Origin: the human T2T-CHM13v2.0 reference genome, Homo sapiens
Strand: one strand, 5' to 3'
DNA length: 64,000 bases
Assembly (NCBI RefSeq): GCF_009914755.1
Contig: NC_060925.1
Shown: positions 16,100 through 29,340 of the stretch, one piece after another
How positions within the stretch are numbered: position 1 is the first letter of the stretch
Layout: each line of letters begins with the position of its first letter
Translations under genes and position numbers: made by a program
Notes under the pieces: model-generated
Seen by the model: the letters and a program-made list of their open reading frames with translations, nothing else
What the model was told of the DNA's origin: nothing
Database searches by the model: none

Positions 16100-16620
16100 G
16101 TACCCCAGTTAGTTTGGATGCACATAACAGAAAAAAGCAAAATAACAGTGGCAAAATAATAACTAAGTAGTTTGTTTTTCTCTCACCTCTAAGTAATCTA
16201 GAGGTAATCAGTCTAGGGTTGCTAGGGCTCTCTGGAGCTCGGGGTTCTTCTATTTTACTGTTTCATTGTGAATGTCTTCCACCCTCAAGGTTAACTCATG
16301 GTCCAAGTACCTGCTGGAGCTCCATATTCCAACTAGAAGAAAGGGAGAAGGATTGGAAGGACATACCACCTACCCTCCTTTTTAAGGATCCATACCAGAA
16401 ATTGCACATATTATTTTTGCTTATAATTACAATGGCTACAACTTAGTCCTATGTATGCATCTAGTAGATTACAGAAAACTTGCATGTGGCAGGTCCAAGA
16501 CATGAAAGAGACTGAAAAATATTTATACTATGTGGCCACATGCCCAGCTAAAGGGCACAGAAGCATAGAAGATGGAGAGCAACATTGAGGATCACTAGCA
16601 ATCACTGCTTAGCCCACACT
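16100..16620. mobile_element. Old MLT1 LTR
   Basis: ATAACAGAAAAAAGCAAAATAACAGTGGC and downstream MLT1-like text. Confidence 0.5.
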
Positions 16621-17228
16621 CAGCTGCATTCCAGAGTTTTATCTCTTTGGGTATGGTAATCCTTCTCACGAAACCTTTCACATTCGAATGGATAAATACA
16701 TGAAAAACCCATGCACTTAGTTTAGTGTTCAGAAAATGCTAGTTCCTTCCCTTTAATTAGATGTTGTCAAGTGAGCAGCAGTGATTTGGTGCTCTGGAGA
16801 CTCAGCACCCTAAGAATTTGTTCCACCTGTGTCTGGGGTGGTGACTGCCTTCTGCATCACCATCTTAGAGGATTTGCCCCAAGTTCTACATCCTCTATGG
16901 CCCAGCACCCTGTTAGGTACAATGGGGTTGCAAAATGAAGCATCCAGATTTTAAGGATCTTGAACATAAAATCACACATAATGGGCTCAGGGCCAAACAT
17001 GGGACTATCCAGGATTTAGGAAAACTTTCACTTCAGTGTTGGTTTGCAGCTGACTTTGGGAAACTATTTACCACATAAAAATTTCCAGTGTTTTCTTCAA
17101 GACTGAGAGAAGTCGATCACAGAACCAGCCCACTTGAGAAGCTGAAGTTTTCCTACTTGTAAAATGACAGATGAAAAGGACTGATGCTTCCATGAGTTGC
17201 TCTTGAAATGGTAATGTAGGTGTATCTG

Positions 17229-18060
17229 TGTGTGGAAAAACACACTCAAAGTGCCTTTTCTTATTTTCTCACAACAAAAATCAACACAAATTAAAGGCTT
17301 CTGTGATCAAATGGGCACTTCCCCCCCCACAAACAAACAATCAATTCTGCAGTGGACACCAGCTGCGTGTCCTCCAATTCTGAAACTATCTACCAGGAGA
17401 TAAGTGTCAGATACCACTGACACAGTCCCCAAAACTGCTCCCCCAACCTACCACCTCCACTTTCAGACACCAGTTGCAAGTCTGGGCCTCTAAAACTTCT
17501 GATCGACCAGATTCAAGTTTGGGTTCCCATGATCCCCTCTTTGGGTTGATTAATTTGCTGGAGCGGCTCACAGAACTCAGGGAAACACGTTTATTGGGTT
17601 ATAATAAAGGATATTACAAAGATACAAGGAAAGGGATGCCAAGCTGCCATGCCCTCTCTGGGTGCACCATCCTCCAGGAACCTCCACTTAGCTATCTGGA
17701 AGGTCCCCAAACCCTGTCCTCTTGGGCCTTGTATGAAGACTTCATTGGGTAGGCATGATTGAAGCATGGACAACTGTGTTAAAATGTGATTCATGGACAA
17801 AAAGTATATGATCTAAACCCAATAAGGCCTGTTTAGACTCTGTTTGTCTTCTCTGTGCAGCATTTCTTCCCCCAGGGATGGGGCAGGACACCCTCTGGGA
17901 TGAGGGTCTTATGACCCACAATCAGATAAGAGTCCTGCCTTGGACAGGTGAAAGTAGGGAGGTAGAACATCAGAGAGAGAGAGAGAGAGAGGGAGAGAAA
18001 GAGAAAGAGGTTTTGTTTACTATGTCGAGGGCTATGGGAGTTATACAGGAACTGTGGATT
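17229..18060 (-). mobile_element. MER21-family LTR
   Basis: CAATTCTGCAGTGGACACCAGCTG, GATTAATTTGCTGGAGCGGCTCACAGAACTCAGGGAAACAC motifs. Confidence 0.72.
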
Positions 18061-18305
18061 TTATATATAATACGTATTATATATATTATATATATAATAT
18101 ATAATATATATATATATATAAAAAATATATATAATACGTATTATATATATTTATTATATATTATATTATACATTTATATATTATGTTAATATATACATTA
18201 ATATATTATATCAATATAATATACTATTATATTGATATATTAATATATAATATTATATATATTATATATTATATAATATAATATATAATATATATAATAT
18301 ATATG
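18060..18305. repeat. AT-only low-complexity/(TA)n tract with perfect palindromes
   Basis: ~245 bp of almost only A/T; 30-bp perfect palindrome at 18123-18152. Confidence 0.9.
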
Positions 18306-18319
18306 TTACAGTATAACAT

Positions 18320-19026
<707 letters not shown>

Positions 19027-19554
19027 AACGTTGTTATACTATGAGCATGTCCTTGAAAAGTCAAGGATAAGTTAAATGTTAGCAAATGGAAATGTGTTTT
19101 TTAAGTGAGCTCATTAAAGAAACCAGAGCGATTTTTTCTGTAAACTAAAGATGGCTTCCAAAATAAAGTTTTTTGGTATTTTCATTCAATTAGCAGATAC
19201 TTACTGAACACCTATTACTTGGCAGGCACTGTGCTAGACCTCATAAAACATGATGGGTGTTGTCTTCACCTGCCAGAGTTGCTCAAAATACGTGAATAAT
19301 AAATTGACAAATATATTCTCAGACTAATATACGGTCAAATAATAACATTTGTTACATCGGTTATAAAAGTTTTTTAACATATTAACATTTAAGAAATCTT
19401 GGGGTATCTTAAGATTGATAGTATGTCATACTTTCTTTAGTAGCATATTTTTCTTATGTTGTGACTTAAAATGGATGGTTTCTTAGATTTGATAACATGC
19501 AGTATTTAGGGCTTTAGTGTTTATTATGTGCTTCCATGCGCCTCATTTGATTCT

Positions 19555-19838
19555 CTCTTCTTTTTTTTTTTTGAGACGGAGTCTCCCTCTGTCACCCAGG
19601 CTGGAGTGCAGTGGCATGATCTCGGCTCACTGCAACCTCTGCCTCCCAGGTTCAAGTGATTCTCTTGCCTCAGCCTCCTGAGTAGCTGGAGCTACAGGCA
19701 CGTGGCACCATGCCCAGCTAATTTTTTGTTTGTTTGTTTGTTTGTTTTTTAGTAGAGACGGGGTTTCACCATGTTGGCCAGGCTGGTCTCGAACTCCCGA
19801 CCTCAGGTGATCTGCCTGCCTCAGCCTCCCAAAGTGCA
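19555..19838 (-). mobile_element. Alu (AluSx-like), slightly 5'-truncated
   Basis: Antisense Alu ending at CCCAAAGTGC. Confidence 0.87.
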
Positions 19839-20749
19839 ATTTCCATAAGTTGCCCAAACCATTTTCCACTGACCACACTTAGTAAGGCAGGTCAGATCTA
19901 AGGAATGACCTAAATGTCCTTCAGCTTTCACTTTGATCAGTGGAATTGCCTCTTTAGGCTGCCTCAGTGGCCAAAGCATGATCAGAAAGATGGAGGTTTG
20001 AATCCTAACTGATTGTTGTGTAACCCTGGGCCAGTTACTTAACCTCTCCAAGTCTGCCTCAAAATAAGAATAAAATCTTTAGATTTAAGGTAGGTAAGGC
20101 ACCTGGCAAATGATAAATAATCAATGGCAGTTATTTTGTTACTATTAGAGCATCAAGGAAACACAGGTTTCATGATATTGGGTTATCTTAAAGAAAAAAA
20201 AAAAGCCCTACCTGGGAAATTTGTCCTATTTTCTGGAAGACCCAGAACCCCATCAAACACCAAGAACAGATATCCCCACTCCTAAGAAACATTATAGGAA
20301 TAGTTCAGATTTTCTTCTGTTAAATGTCATCCATCAGCTCACCCGATTTTTTCCAGCAGACCTCCTCTTCTATCTTGTGTGTTGCTTTATATGTCGCTCT
20401 TGACAGCTGCTACTATTTATGCATGCATTTCTATAGCAAAACCTTGATTAACTGGGACACAGCAAACTGTAGCACTTAAATGACTATGGTTTTCCCCTAT
20501 GGACATCATTTGGAGGAGAGAGGGAAGTGACAACTAAAGTTTTGAGAACTGAAGAGAATCATGTAATTCCACATCTTCGATTTTACTGCTGAGAGAAGGA
20601 GAATGGATCAAGGCCACCCTGCTGATTAAGAGCAGAGTCAGGAGAGGATTCTCGGTCTATTTTGCTTTCTTCTGGACTGTGGCCTAAAGATGTGTCTTTT
20701 GGCATCTCTCTTGGGGGTATTTCTCCTTAAGGTTTTGCCACTACACTGC

Positions 20750-20975
20750 AGGTCTCAAACTCAAATGCCTGCAAGGGCTAACTGGTAATAGGAATGAGTG
20801 GAGGAGGCTGAGTATTCTACATTGGGAAGTAGTAGTGAACTATGGTCCTCAGACTGGAGCCTATATACCCTCTGTAAAGGCATCTAAACTAAAATGTTTT
20901 TCATTTTAAGAAGTACAGGACCGACAAAACACATCTGGGAGTCAGAGATGGCTTGATGTTCCCCAGTTGAAGTGC
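20750..20975. mobile_element. hAT-Charlie relic (MER102-like)
   Basis: CAGGTCTCAAACTCAAATGCCTGCAAGGGC terminus. Confidence 0.45.
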
Positions 20976-22072
20976 CTTGCACTATGTATATCTATAGGCC
21001 TTATTCAATAAGGAGATAATCTGGATTATGGCCCTCAGGCACATTGCCAAAGTAAGTTTCAATACTGTGCATTGATTTATGTTTGTTAAAACAGAAAATT
21101 GAAGAGACGCATTTTAGAAACCTGATCATAATATATTTTGTAACAGAGAGAACAGAGTAGAAGCTCTGGCTTCATTTACTGTCTGCTTAGCCAAAACTCT
21201 TTGTGGTCCAATTAGCCAAATGAATTCAGATGTCACAGTGTATAGGACATTCATAATTGGGAACACTAGGACCTCTTAGTACCAGAGATTGTCCCATAAC
21301 ATAGACATTCAAAAACATTTATAATCAGGACACACAGTGAGAAATACATTTATATCATTACTGAGCAGAAACATACACACACTCATACATATCACACAAA
21401 CCCAAAACAATATTTTAAGAAACAATATCTTACTGCGTTCCAAACTCTGATGTTTTCCAACCTATTTCATTTTTATGAAAATACTTTATAATTTACTCAT
21501 CGGCTACAGCATATAGTTTAAATCACTGGACTAGGTAATGCCATGACATTTTTGTTTATTCATTAATTCAGTAGATATTTACTCAATATCTAATGAGAGC
21601 GAGGTGCTCTTTGGAGTGTCATGGGGGACACAAACATGAACAAAACATGGATTTTTGCCCTCAAAGAGTCCAAATCCAATAGGAAATACATACACGTGAA
21701 TATTTAAAAACTCAGGGCAAAACAATCAGTTCACATTTGACAAACTGCTTTTATGTTATCATAGTCATAATGATAACAAATCTCTTAGGTAAGCTGGGCA
21801 GATTTAAACTTAATTTTACAGATGGGAAGTTGCATTTTTGAAAAAGTGACATTTTAAAAAGAAGTGGAATGATAGTAATAATAGATAGCATATGTTAAGC
21901 ACTTATTATATGTTAGGAACTAATTTACTTCTTACTATAACCTTATTATGATGGCATTACTATAATCCTCACTTTACAGAGGAGAAAAATGAGGCAGAGA
22001 GGTTAAGTAACTTGCCCAAAGTCATAGAGCCAGGAGTCATTGGAACTAAGAATCAATCATAGGCAACTTCAA

Positions 22073-22340
22073 TTTTTTTTTTTTTTTTTTGAGACAGAGT
22101 CTCGCTTTGTTGGCTCACTGCAAGCTCCACCTCCTGGGTTCAAGCGATTCTCCTGCCTCAGCCTCCTGAGTAGCTGGGACTACAGGTGCCTGCCACCACG
22201 CCTGGTTATTTTTTTGGATTTTTAGTAGATACAGGGTTTCACCGTGTTAGCCAGGATGGTCTCAATCTCCTGACCTCGTGATCCGCCCACCTCAGCCTCC
22301 CAAAGTGCCAGGACCACAGGTGTGAGCCACCACACCTGGC
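22073..22340 (-). mobile_element. Alu (AluSc/Y-like) with ~30-bp internal deletion, inserted in a MIR
   Basis: TSD GGCAACTTCAATTTT; lacks the GCCCAGGCTGGAGTGCAGTGG segment. Confidence 0.85.
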
Positions 22341-22948
22341 TGGCAACTTCAATTTTAATCAATGTATTATATTCTCTGGAAATGAAAATCACAGATCAAA
22401 ATCCTACATAGGTCATGGCATACATACCTTGATCTCTTAGCCCACCCCAAAAGTGATGTGGCATCTGCTGTGACAGGATAGCATTTGGAATGAGGTGTGT
22501 ATGAAGGGGATGGGGTGGAATAGAGCCTGGTTCCTCAGTATTCCTCAGTGTCACTAATCTTCATCAAGTTAATAAAGCACCTGAAGGCAGCAAGAGAAAA
22601 GACAAAGGGAATGATTGCTGTCCCCAGAAGAGGGCATCTTATCCTTTGCCGTTGTCTCATGTATGATGTAGTATTTTTGAGATAAGTTATGAAGTAGTCT
22701 TGAGTTTGGAAAACCAAGAGTTAGGCTGTAAATGTTCACCTTGTGTTTGACCAGTGCCACCTCCCTTAAGCCCAAATTCTCATTCAAAGTTACAAAGACA
22801 ATTTTCCATTAGGATATCCCTGGAAAAAATAATATTTAGCCTTTATTGAGCTTTTCCCATTTGAAAAACTAAGACTGCCAGGCGCTGAGCTTAAAGCTGC
22901 ACCCAAGACAGACCAATAATGGTAATAGAGAACAATTGTTAAGTACTA

Positions 22949-22963
22949 CTCTCTCTCTCAATC

Positions 22964-23018
<55 letters not shown>
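22949..23018. repeat. Compound (CT)n-(AT)n microsatellite
   Basis: Direct reading. Confidence 0.95.
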
Positions 23019-25722
23019 GTTAGGTACTAATCTAATTCTTCTATATAATGATGGTACTCATATTATGCTTGTTTTATAGAGTAGAACAGTGAGATATTCA
23101 TTGATAAGTATATGAATTTGATCTTTAGCACAGTAAAGAAAATTTTAATGTTGAAATTGGTGCATATCCAAATTTAGGCCCAAGCCCTAGTTTTTAGGCT
23201 GTTGTAAATTAACCTAGTTATTGTATTTTCCTGCCTTAATATGCTTCTTATATCTTCAATTTTATAGGATTATTAATAGTTATCCTGATTGACTTTATTT
23301 ATATTAAGTATAAAGATAAAATTCTTATAGCCCATTCAGATTTTTCTTTACACTTGCAAACTCCAGAGATAGATATTGAAAAATACAAAGGCATATGTCT
23401 CATCTATAATTTCTTTCAGCAATATGTCTGCAAGTTGAGCAAAAATAACTGAAAGTGCTCTTTTTGAAAATAATAATTTTCACTTTTCAAAAATGATCCT
23501 GTATTTATTTATTTATTTTTTGAGACAGGGTCTCAGTCTGTCACTGAGGCTGGTTCTAAATTCTATTAATCCAATGATTATAGTCCAGCATTTGTCAGGG
23601 CACATGATGAACACTAGGTATTTACTGTCCCTGTGTGTCTGTAATGAATTAAAAGAAAAAGTACAGAGAAAGATTATTTAAGATGTTATGGGAAAAGATT
23701 TACTAGACTTCACAGAATTATTACTTTAGTCAAGTAACTAAAATAATTCAATCTGACAGATTTGGAAAATTGAAAGTATAAAAATTTGTTTTAAAATTTT
23801 TATTGCAGTTTTTCCTGCCACCATTCAGATTGTTTGATCTTGTTATAAATGAGCATTAACTCTGATTTGCAATTCAGGTCACACCATACCTCATCAAAGA
23901 ATGCAGTTGGGAAAGCAACTGGCCAGGAAGTTTAGGTTTCCCCAGAAGGACTGGAAGGATTTAGAAAACATTTCTTTGGACTTCTTCTGGTTGATGCTCT
24001 TCCTACAAGAATCTGTGTTTGGGTGATCCTTGTACAGGAAAATGTCTCTTAGTCCAATTTATTTTATGTAGAACTGTGTAGAGCTAGAGCTTCCCGGAAA
24101 CTTTCTGAGACCCAAATCATCTGGACTGAAGTCTCTTAGATGCTATTGTTTGATTTTGTGTCCTTAGGTGATTGATATAAGGACAGCAAGAGAAAACCAT
24201 GTAAGATGAGAAGAAAGCAAAGCTGGCTTTGTGTATGGGCTCAAGTACATTTTACATGCACGTACTTTTTTCCTGTTTTGGTGAGGAAACTCTGTCAAAT
24301 GACTCTTGACGGGCGCCTCACTTAGTCCCTCCAAGTTTTAGTAGAGAAAATGATAATTTTTAACCAAGACTTACTTGATCTTGACCTAAGATGATGAGAA
24401 TGAGCAATCCTTCTGAAATCTTATTATTTTAGGTGAAAATAAACATTCGATAATTACATTTTAAGACTTACCAGAGTTTATCCAGGTTTTGTTCAGATCC
24501 AGAACTTATACAATGTCGGAGTCTTCTTTTAAGAATACACGATGACAGATACAAAATTAGGTACACAGCTTAATTAACTTCATGATAAATTCTCTTCTGA
24601 TTATGAGTTACTGCTTTCTTTGGCCAGAATTGTGAAAGAAAAATAAGGCGTGAGGCTAGAGGATGGGGAAAAAAAATCCTTGTCTATCTTGCTTCCCAAG
24701 CAGGCCTTCAAGCTAGCTAACTGAAACAGTCTTTTCTCCAGGTCCTAAGGTAAATGGTGGCGGATCTGAAAATGCGTCGGACTTAACCTTGCCCTTCTCC
24801 CCAGTTTATTCGCTCAACAAAGAGTTCTAAACAGTCACATCTGCTCTCTAGGCAGAACGGACGCTGCCTCCTAGTATTAGAATACCCAACTCTTTGATAT
24901 CTCCCTTAGGGATCATCCCTATTCTGGAGAATGTGCAAAATATTGCTCTTCCTTTATATCCTAGCATAGATATATTCTGGCACTTAACATGCATTCTTTT
25001 TCTGTTGAATTGAGTTACAAGTCAGTTCTCTAGGACGGTTACCGTCCTGGTGGCTTTGGCGGAATCTTCCGGTGAAAATAGGCTAAGTTGCATGAAATGG
25101 GTGTGTCTGGATTTTACCACAAGACCCCTGGTCCTCAAAGCTTCGCAGGCCGAGATACCTCGCCCCTTTCTTCTCTGTCACACGCGTGCGAACACACCCT
25201 CCCAACCCACGTCGTAGTAGTCCCCTCCCCCGACCACCCCGCCCCGTTTCCCTTCAACCCCCCTCCTCACGAACCTCCCCTCCCTTCCTACCTCCCTTTC
25301 CTTCCCTCCCCGCGGGCCAGCGGCTTTGGCGCTGCCCTGCTGCGCGGCGGGGCGACGCGGCGACACCTATAGGATTGCTTCCGGGCACTCCTCAGCCAGG
25401 AGGTGCTGGCCTGGGGCCCGGAGCTCGGCAGGGCCGGGCGGCTCCGCGGCGTTGGCCCAGAGGACGCGCGCCCCCGCCCGCCCGCGTCTCCTTCCCTCCC
25501 TCCCTCCTCCCGGCGCCCCGAGCCGAGCTCAGCCCAGGGCGGCGGCTTCGCCTCGCCCGGCGAAGCTTCTCTCCGGTGGCCGCTCCTTCTTTTCCCTCCT
25601 CTTTGCGTCATGTCGGGCACTTAATTTTTTTTTTTTTTTAATTCCTTCTTCAGCCCTTTCCACCTTCCATCTCCCTTTTCGCTTCCCAGGTTGATTATTT
25701 TCTCTTTTCTCCGGGCTTGCCC

Positions 25723-25915
25723 ATGAGCCTCCTCGGGAGCTACCGGAAAAAGACCAGCAACGATGGTTATGAATCTTTGCAGCTGGTGGACAGTAACGGG
25801 GACTTAAGTGCGGGAAGCGGCGGGGTTGGCGGCAAGCAGAGAGTGAACGCCGGGGCAGCGGCGCGGAGTCCCGCCCGACAGCCTCCGGACCGCGCCAGCA
25901 CCATGGACAGCTCAG
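25723..25915 (+). CDS. DNAJC6: DNAJC6 (auxilin-1) coding part of the CpG-island first exon, long isoform N-terminus, 64 codons + 1 nt (phase 1)
   Basis: Translation MSLLGSYRKKTSNDGYESLQLVDSNGDLSAGSGGVGGKQRVNAGAAARSPARQPPDRASTMDSS recognised from memory as the N-terminus of long human auxilin, which continues GASSPDMEPSY in the next exon. Donor CAG|GTAGCG at 25915/25916. Lies within a CpG island. Confidence 0.93.
25894..25914 (+). promoter_or_regulatory. RE1/NRSE (REST binding site) inside exon 1
   Basis: GCCAGCACCATGGACAGCTCA vs consensus TTCAGCACCA(C/T)GGACAGC(G/T)CC: 16 contiguous core bases identical with the canonical 2-nt spacer. The host gene is neuronal. Confidence 0.75.
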
Positions 25916-27192
25916 GTAGCGCTGCCCGAGGGGAGTGCAGCGCTGAGCCCCGCGCGGCCTCCGGAGCCTCCCAGTCGCCCGGCCCGAGGCCCCCCCGTGG
26001 TCCCCCAGCCCCGGTTTGCGAGAGAGCCGGGCTGGAGGCGAAGGCTTCTAATACCACCTGGGTGTCGAGTCTCTAATTTCTCTCATCCAGGGAGCTACGA
26101 AACGTTAGATCAGTCCTGAGGCCCAGAGACTGTAGCGAGCTCCTCCTAATCTCTCTAGACTGCTGAATACGGCAGCTGGGGGCGGGGAGGGGGAGGGAAG
26201 GAGGAGGGGAGGGGTGGAGAAGAGAGGGGAGCGGGTGGGGCGAAGAACGGCTTGGGAGGAGGGCTGGGAGAGGCAGCTGCTTTCACTGCCCAGCTGGATG
26301 AGGGGGAGAGGTGAAGGAGCATGTGCGTTGATTGTTTTTGCAGCATGCAGACGGTATTTATTCCAATTGTTATTCTTGCAATGCTGATGCTATTTGCAAT
26401 TCTGTAAAGCTCTGCCACATCTTAACTCAGCCGTCTGCTAGGGTTAATGTTACCTTTCTCCTGCAGTTTTTAACCTGGGATCTAGAGCTCTTTTACACAG
26501 CTTTTACTGTTTGCACAATGAAATTTATTTCATGTGTTGGCTTTGATCTTGTTTGTCCTTTTGCTTGAGTGTACAGATTTCATAAACCTTTACATGTAGG
26601 GACAAGGAAATTCCTCTAAACTTTGTATCGGGGCTTGCAACTGTCTTTTATAAAAGGTTTGGCAAGTTAGAGTCCTCTCTTGGAACTGCTGTTGGCATTT
26701 GCGATTTCAATAGCAAAACAGTCATTTAATATATCCATGTTGGACTAGGAGTATTATTATAGCTATTTGCTTACTTCTGCAGGGAACCAGGTTCGGAGAA
26801 TTGTTTACAGAGATATTTATAATTGAAGTCCTCAGTGGTTGGTTCTACACTGGTAACTTTAATACTGGACAACTGAGGATTCCAGAGGAAAGATTCATAT
26901 GGGGTCGTTTGAACAGTAATGAAATCAAACTGAATTTAAATGCCCTGCTTTGCAAACAAATGCTTGTTTATTTTAATTGTGTAATGGCTGTCCTTGGGCT
27001 ATTATTTTCTATTTTCCTTGTCCCAAAGTGGGATGAAATATTGTCCACAGATGCTCAAATGTCCTGGGCTGAAAACAAATTCTACTCATTGAAGCTCTTA
27101 TTGAAGTTAACCAAGATATTGATGGGACATTCTCTTAGACCATTTTAAATAAAACTAAAATGATCCCCAAGGGATTGATGGTTTCAGGACTG

Positions 27193-27500
27193 TTTTTTTT
27201 TTTTTTTTTTTTTTTTTTTGAGGCGGAGTCTCACTCTGTTGCCCGGGCTGGAGTGCAGGGATGCGAACTCGGCGGACTGCAAACTCCGTTTCCCGGGTTC
27301 AAGCGATTCTCCTGCCTCAGCCTCCTGAGTAGCTGGGATTACAGGCACCTGTCACCATGCCCGGCTAATTTTTGTACTTTTAGTAGAGACGGGGTTTTGC
27401 CATGTTGGCCGGGCTGGTCTTGAACTCCTGACCTCAGGTGATCTGCCTGCCTCGGCCTCCCAAAGTGCTGGGATTACAGGCATGAGCCACCGCGCCCAGG
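27193..27500 (-). mobile_element. Alu (AluSx-like)
   Basis: Full Alu with long T-tail; TSD-like CAGGACT.TTTT. Confidence 0.9.
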
Positions 27501-28693
27501 CAGGACTTTTTTATTGATGTTGTATGTGGTTATTCAATGTATGTTTTTTCAAATCTGTGATATATCAAAGTGTAATCCATCTTTTGACTGGATGTAATCT
27601 CCTTTAAATCTTAAAAAGATTCATGTTCTCTGAATGATGCCACCATAATAATGTTTACATGTAGTGAGCATGTAAACAATTGAAATGAAAACAAACATAT
27701 TCCAAATGAGTGTGAAGGAGCCTCACTTCAGGAAAATGAAAGAAATATGAAATACATATGTTTTCCTTTTTCATAGGGATTATTATTTTAAGAGTTGAAA
27801 TTGGTTTTTGAAATATGTTACATTGTAGAATAAGTTCAACATACATTTTCTGAGCCCAGCTATGTGCCAAGCACTGTGAGGGAACACAGTAGTGAATGAG
27901 ATCCTTCTGGCCTCTAGGGGACTCTCAGTGGGGGCAGTAACTATAACACAGAGCAGCCTATGGTAAGTCCTGGATTTTTGAGGATTGTCTTTTTCACTAA
28001 ATCAGACTTTTTTAATAGGTGGAGAGAAGAATAATGGATTGCTTTAATAATCTGTTGTGATGGGAAAGTGTTTCATTAAGAATATTGTTATCTCTAAAGT
28101 GCTATTGCCAGGAGTTGATTCTTAAACTTGATCAAAGTGGTGTTGTGTGAAGAGGCTGCAGGGATTCCTTTTCTCCTCCCCTTATCCATCATTCACTCCT
28201 ATATTTTATTAGGGGAATATTGTGGCTTTGTTGTAGAAGTACAGGGTATCTTACAATGATTTTGATGCATATTTTCAACTGAGAATGATTTGTTTGGTTT
28301 GAATGAAGGATTGGACTCTGAGAGTAGGATTCTTTTACTAGTACAACTATATGTCTTGCCTAATTATAGTTCTTTCTTCTAAGATCCTCAAAGTGTGGCC
28401 TGTGCAGTGTAAATATATCCATTTGTTTAGTATATCTAATTAAGTTCATGGATCATTTCTAAAGTGGCAGTAATCTGCCCATTTATTCAACTGATTGTAC
28501 TGTGACATGCTGGATAGGATCAGTGGTTTATGGGACTTTTGCTCTGATAGAAATATTAATGAGTGGAAAAAATATGTTGACATCTCGCTACATGATTTAA
28601 AGCTTAGTCTTAATAATACCTTAAACTTGTAAGACTGTTTATAATAGAACACTTGGACAATTCTCTTATTTCATTTCCCCAGAATTTTATTAA

Positions 28694-29340
<647 letters not shown>

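Larger units (their letters stand above)
25140..26260. promoter_or_regulatory. DNAJC6: CpG island promoter of DNAJC6 spanning the 5'UTR, exon 1 and start of intron 1
   Basis: Abrupt rise in GC and CpG density against a CpG-poor background. GC boxes (CCCGCCCC ~25237, CCCGCCCGCCC ~25473) and a CRE half-site TGCGTCA at 25604-25610. Confidence 0.9.

Noticed and set aside
20340-20490. Unique-looking stretch with TGACAGCTG as a possible conserved enhancer
   Set aside because: A single short motif; cannot be supported without conservation or chromatin data.
25916-26076. Continuation of ORF 25717..26076 past MDSSG
   Set aside because: Read-through into intron 1 beyond a canonical donor; not auxilin sequence. 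The listed start at 25717 is a TTG; the ATG is at 25723.
25088-26418. Multiple overlapping Pro/Arg/Gly-rich ORFs on both strands
   Set aside because: Expected from stop-codon scarcity in a CpG island; no recognisable homology.
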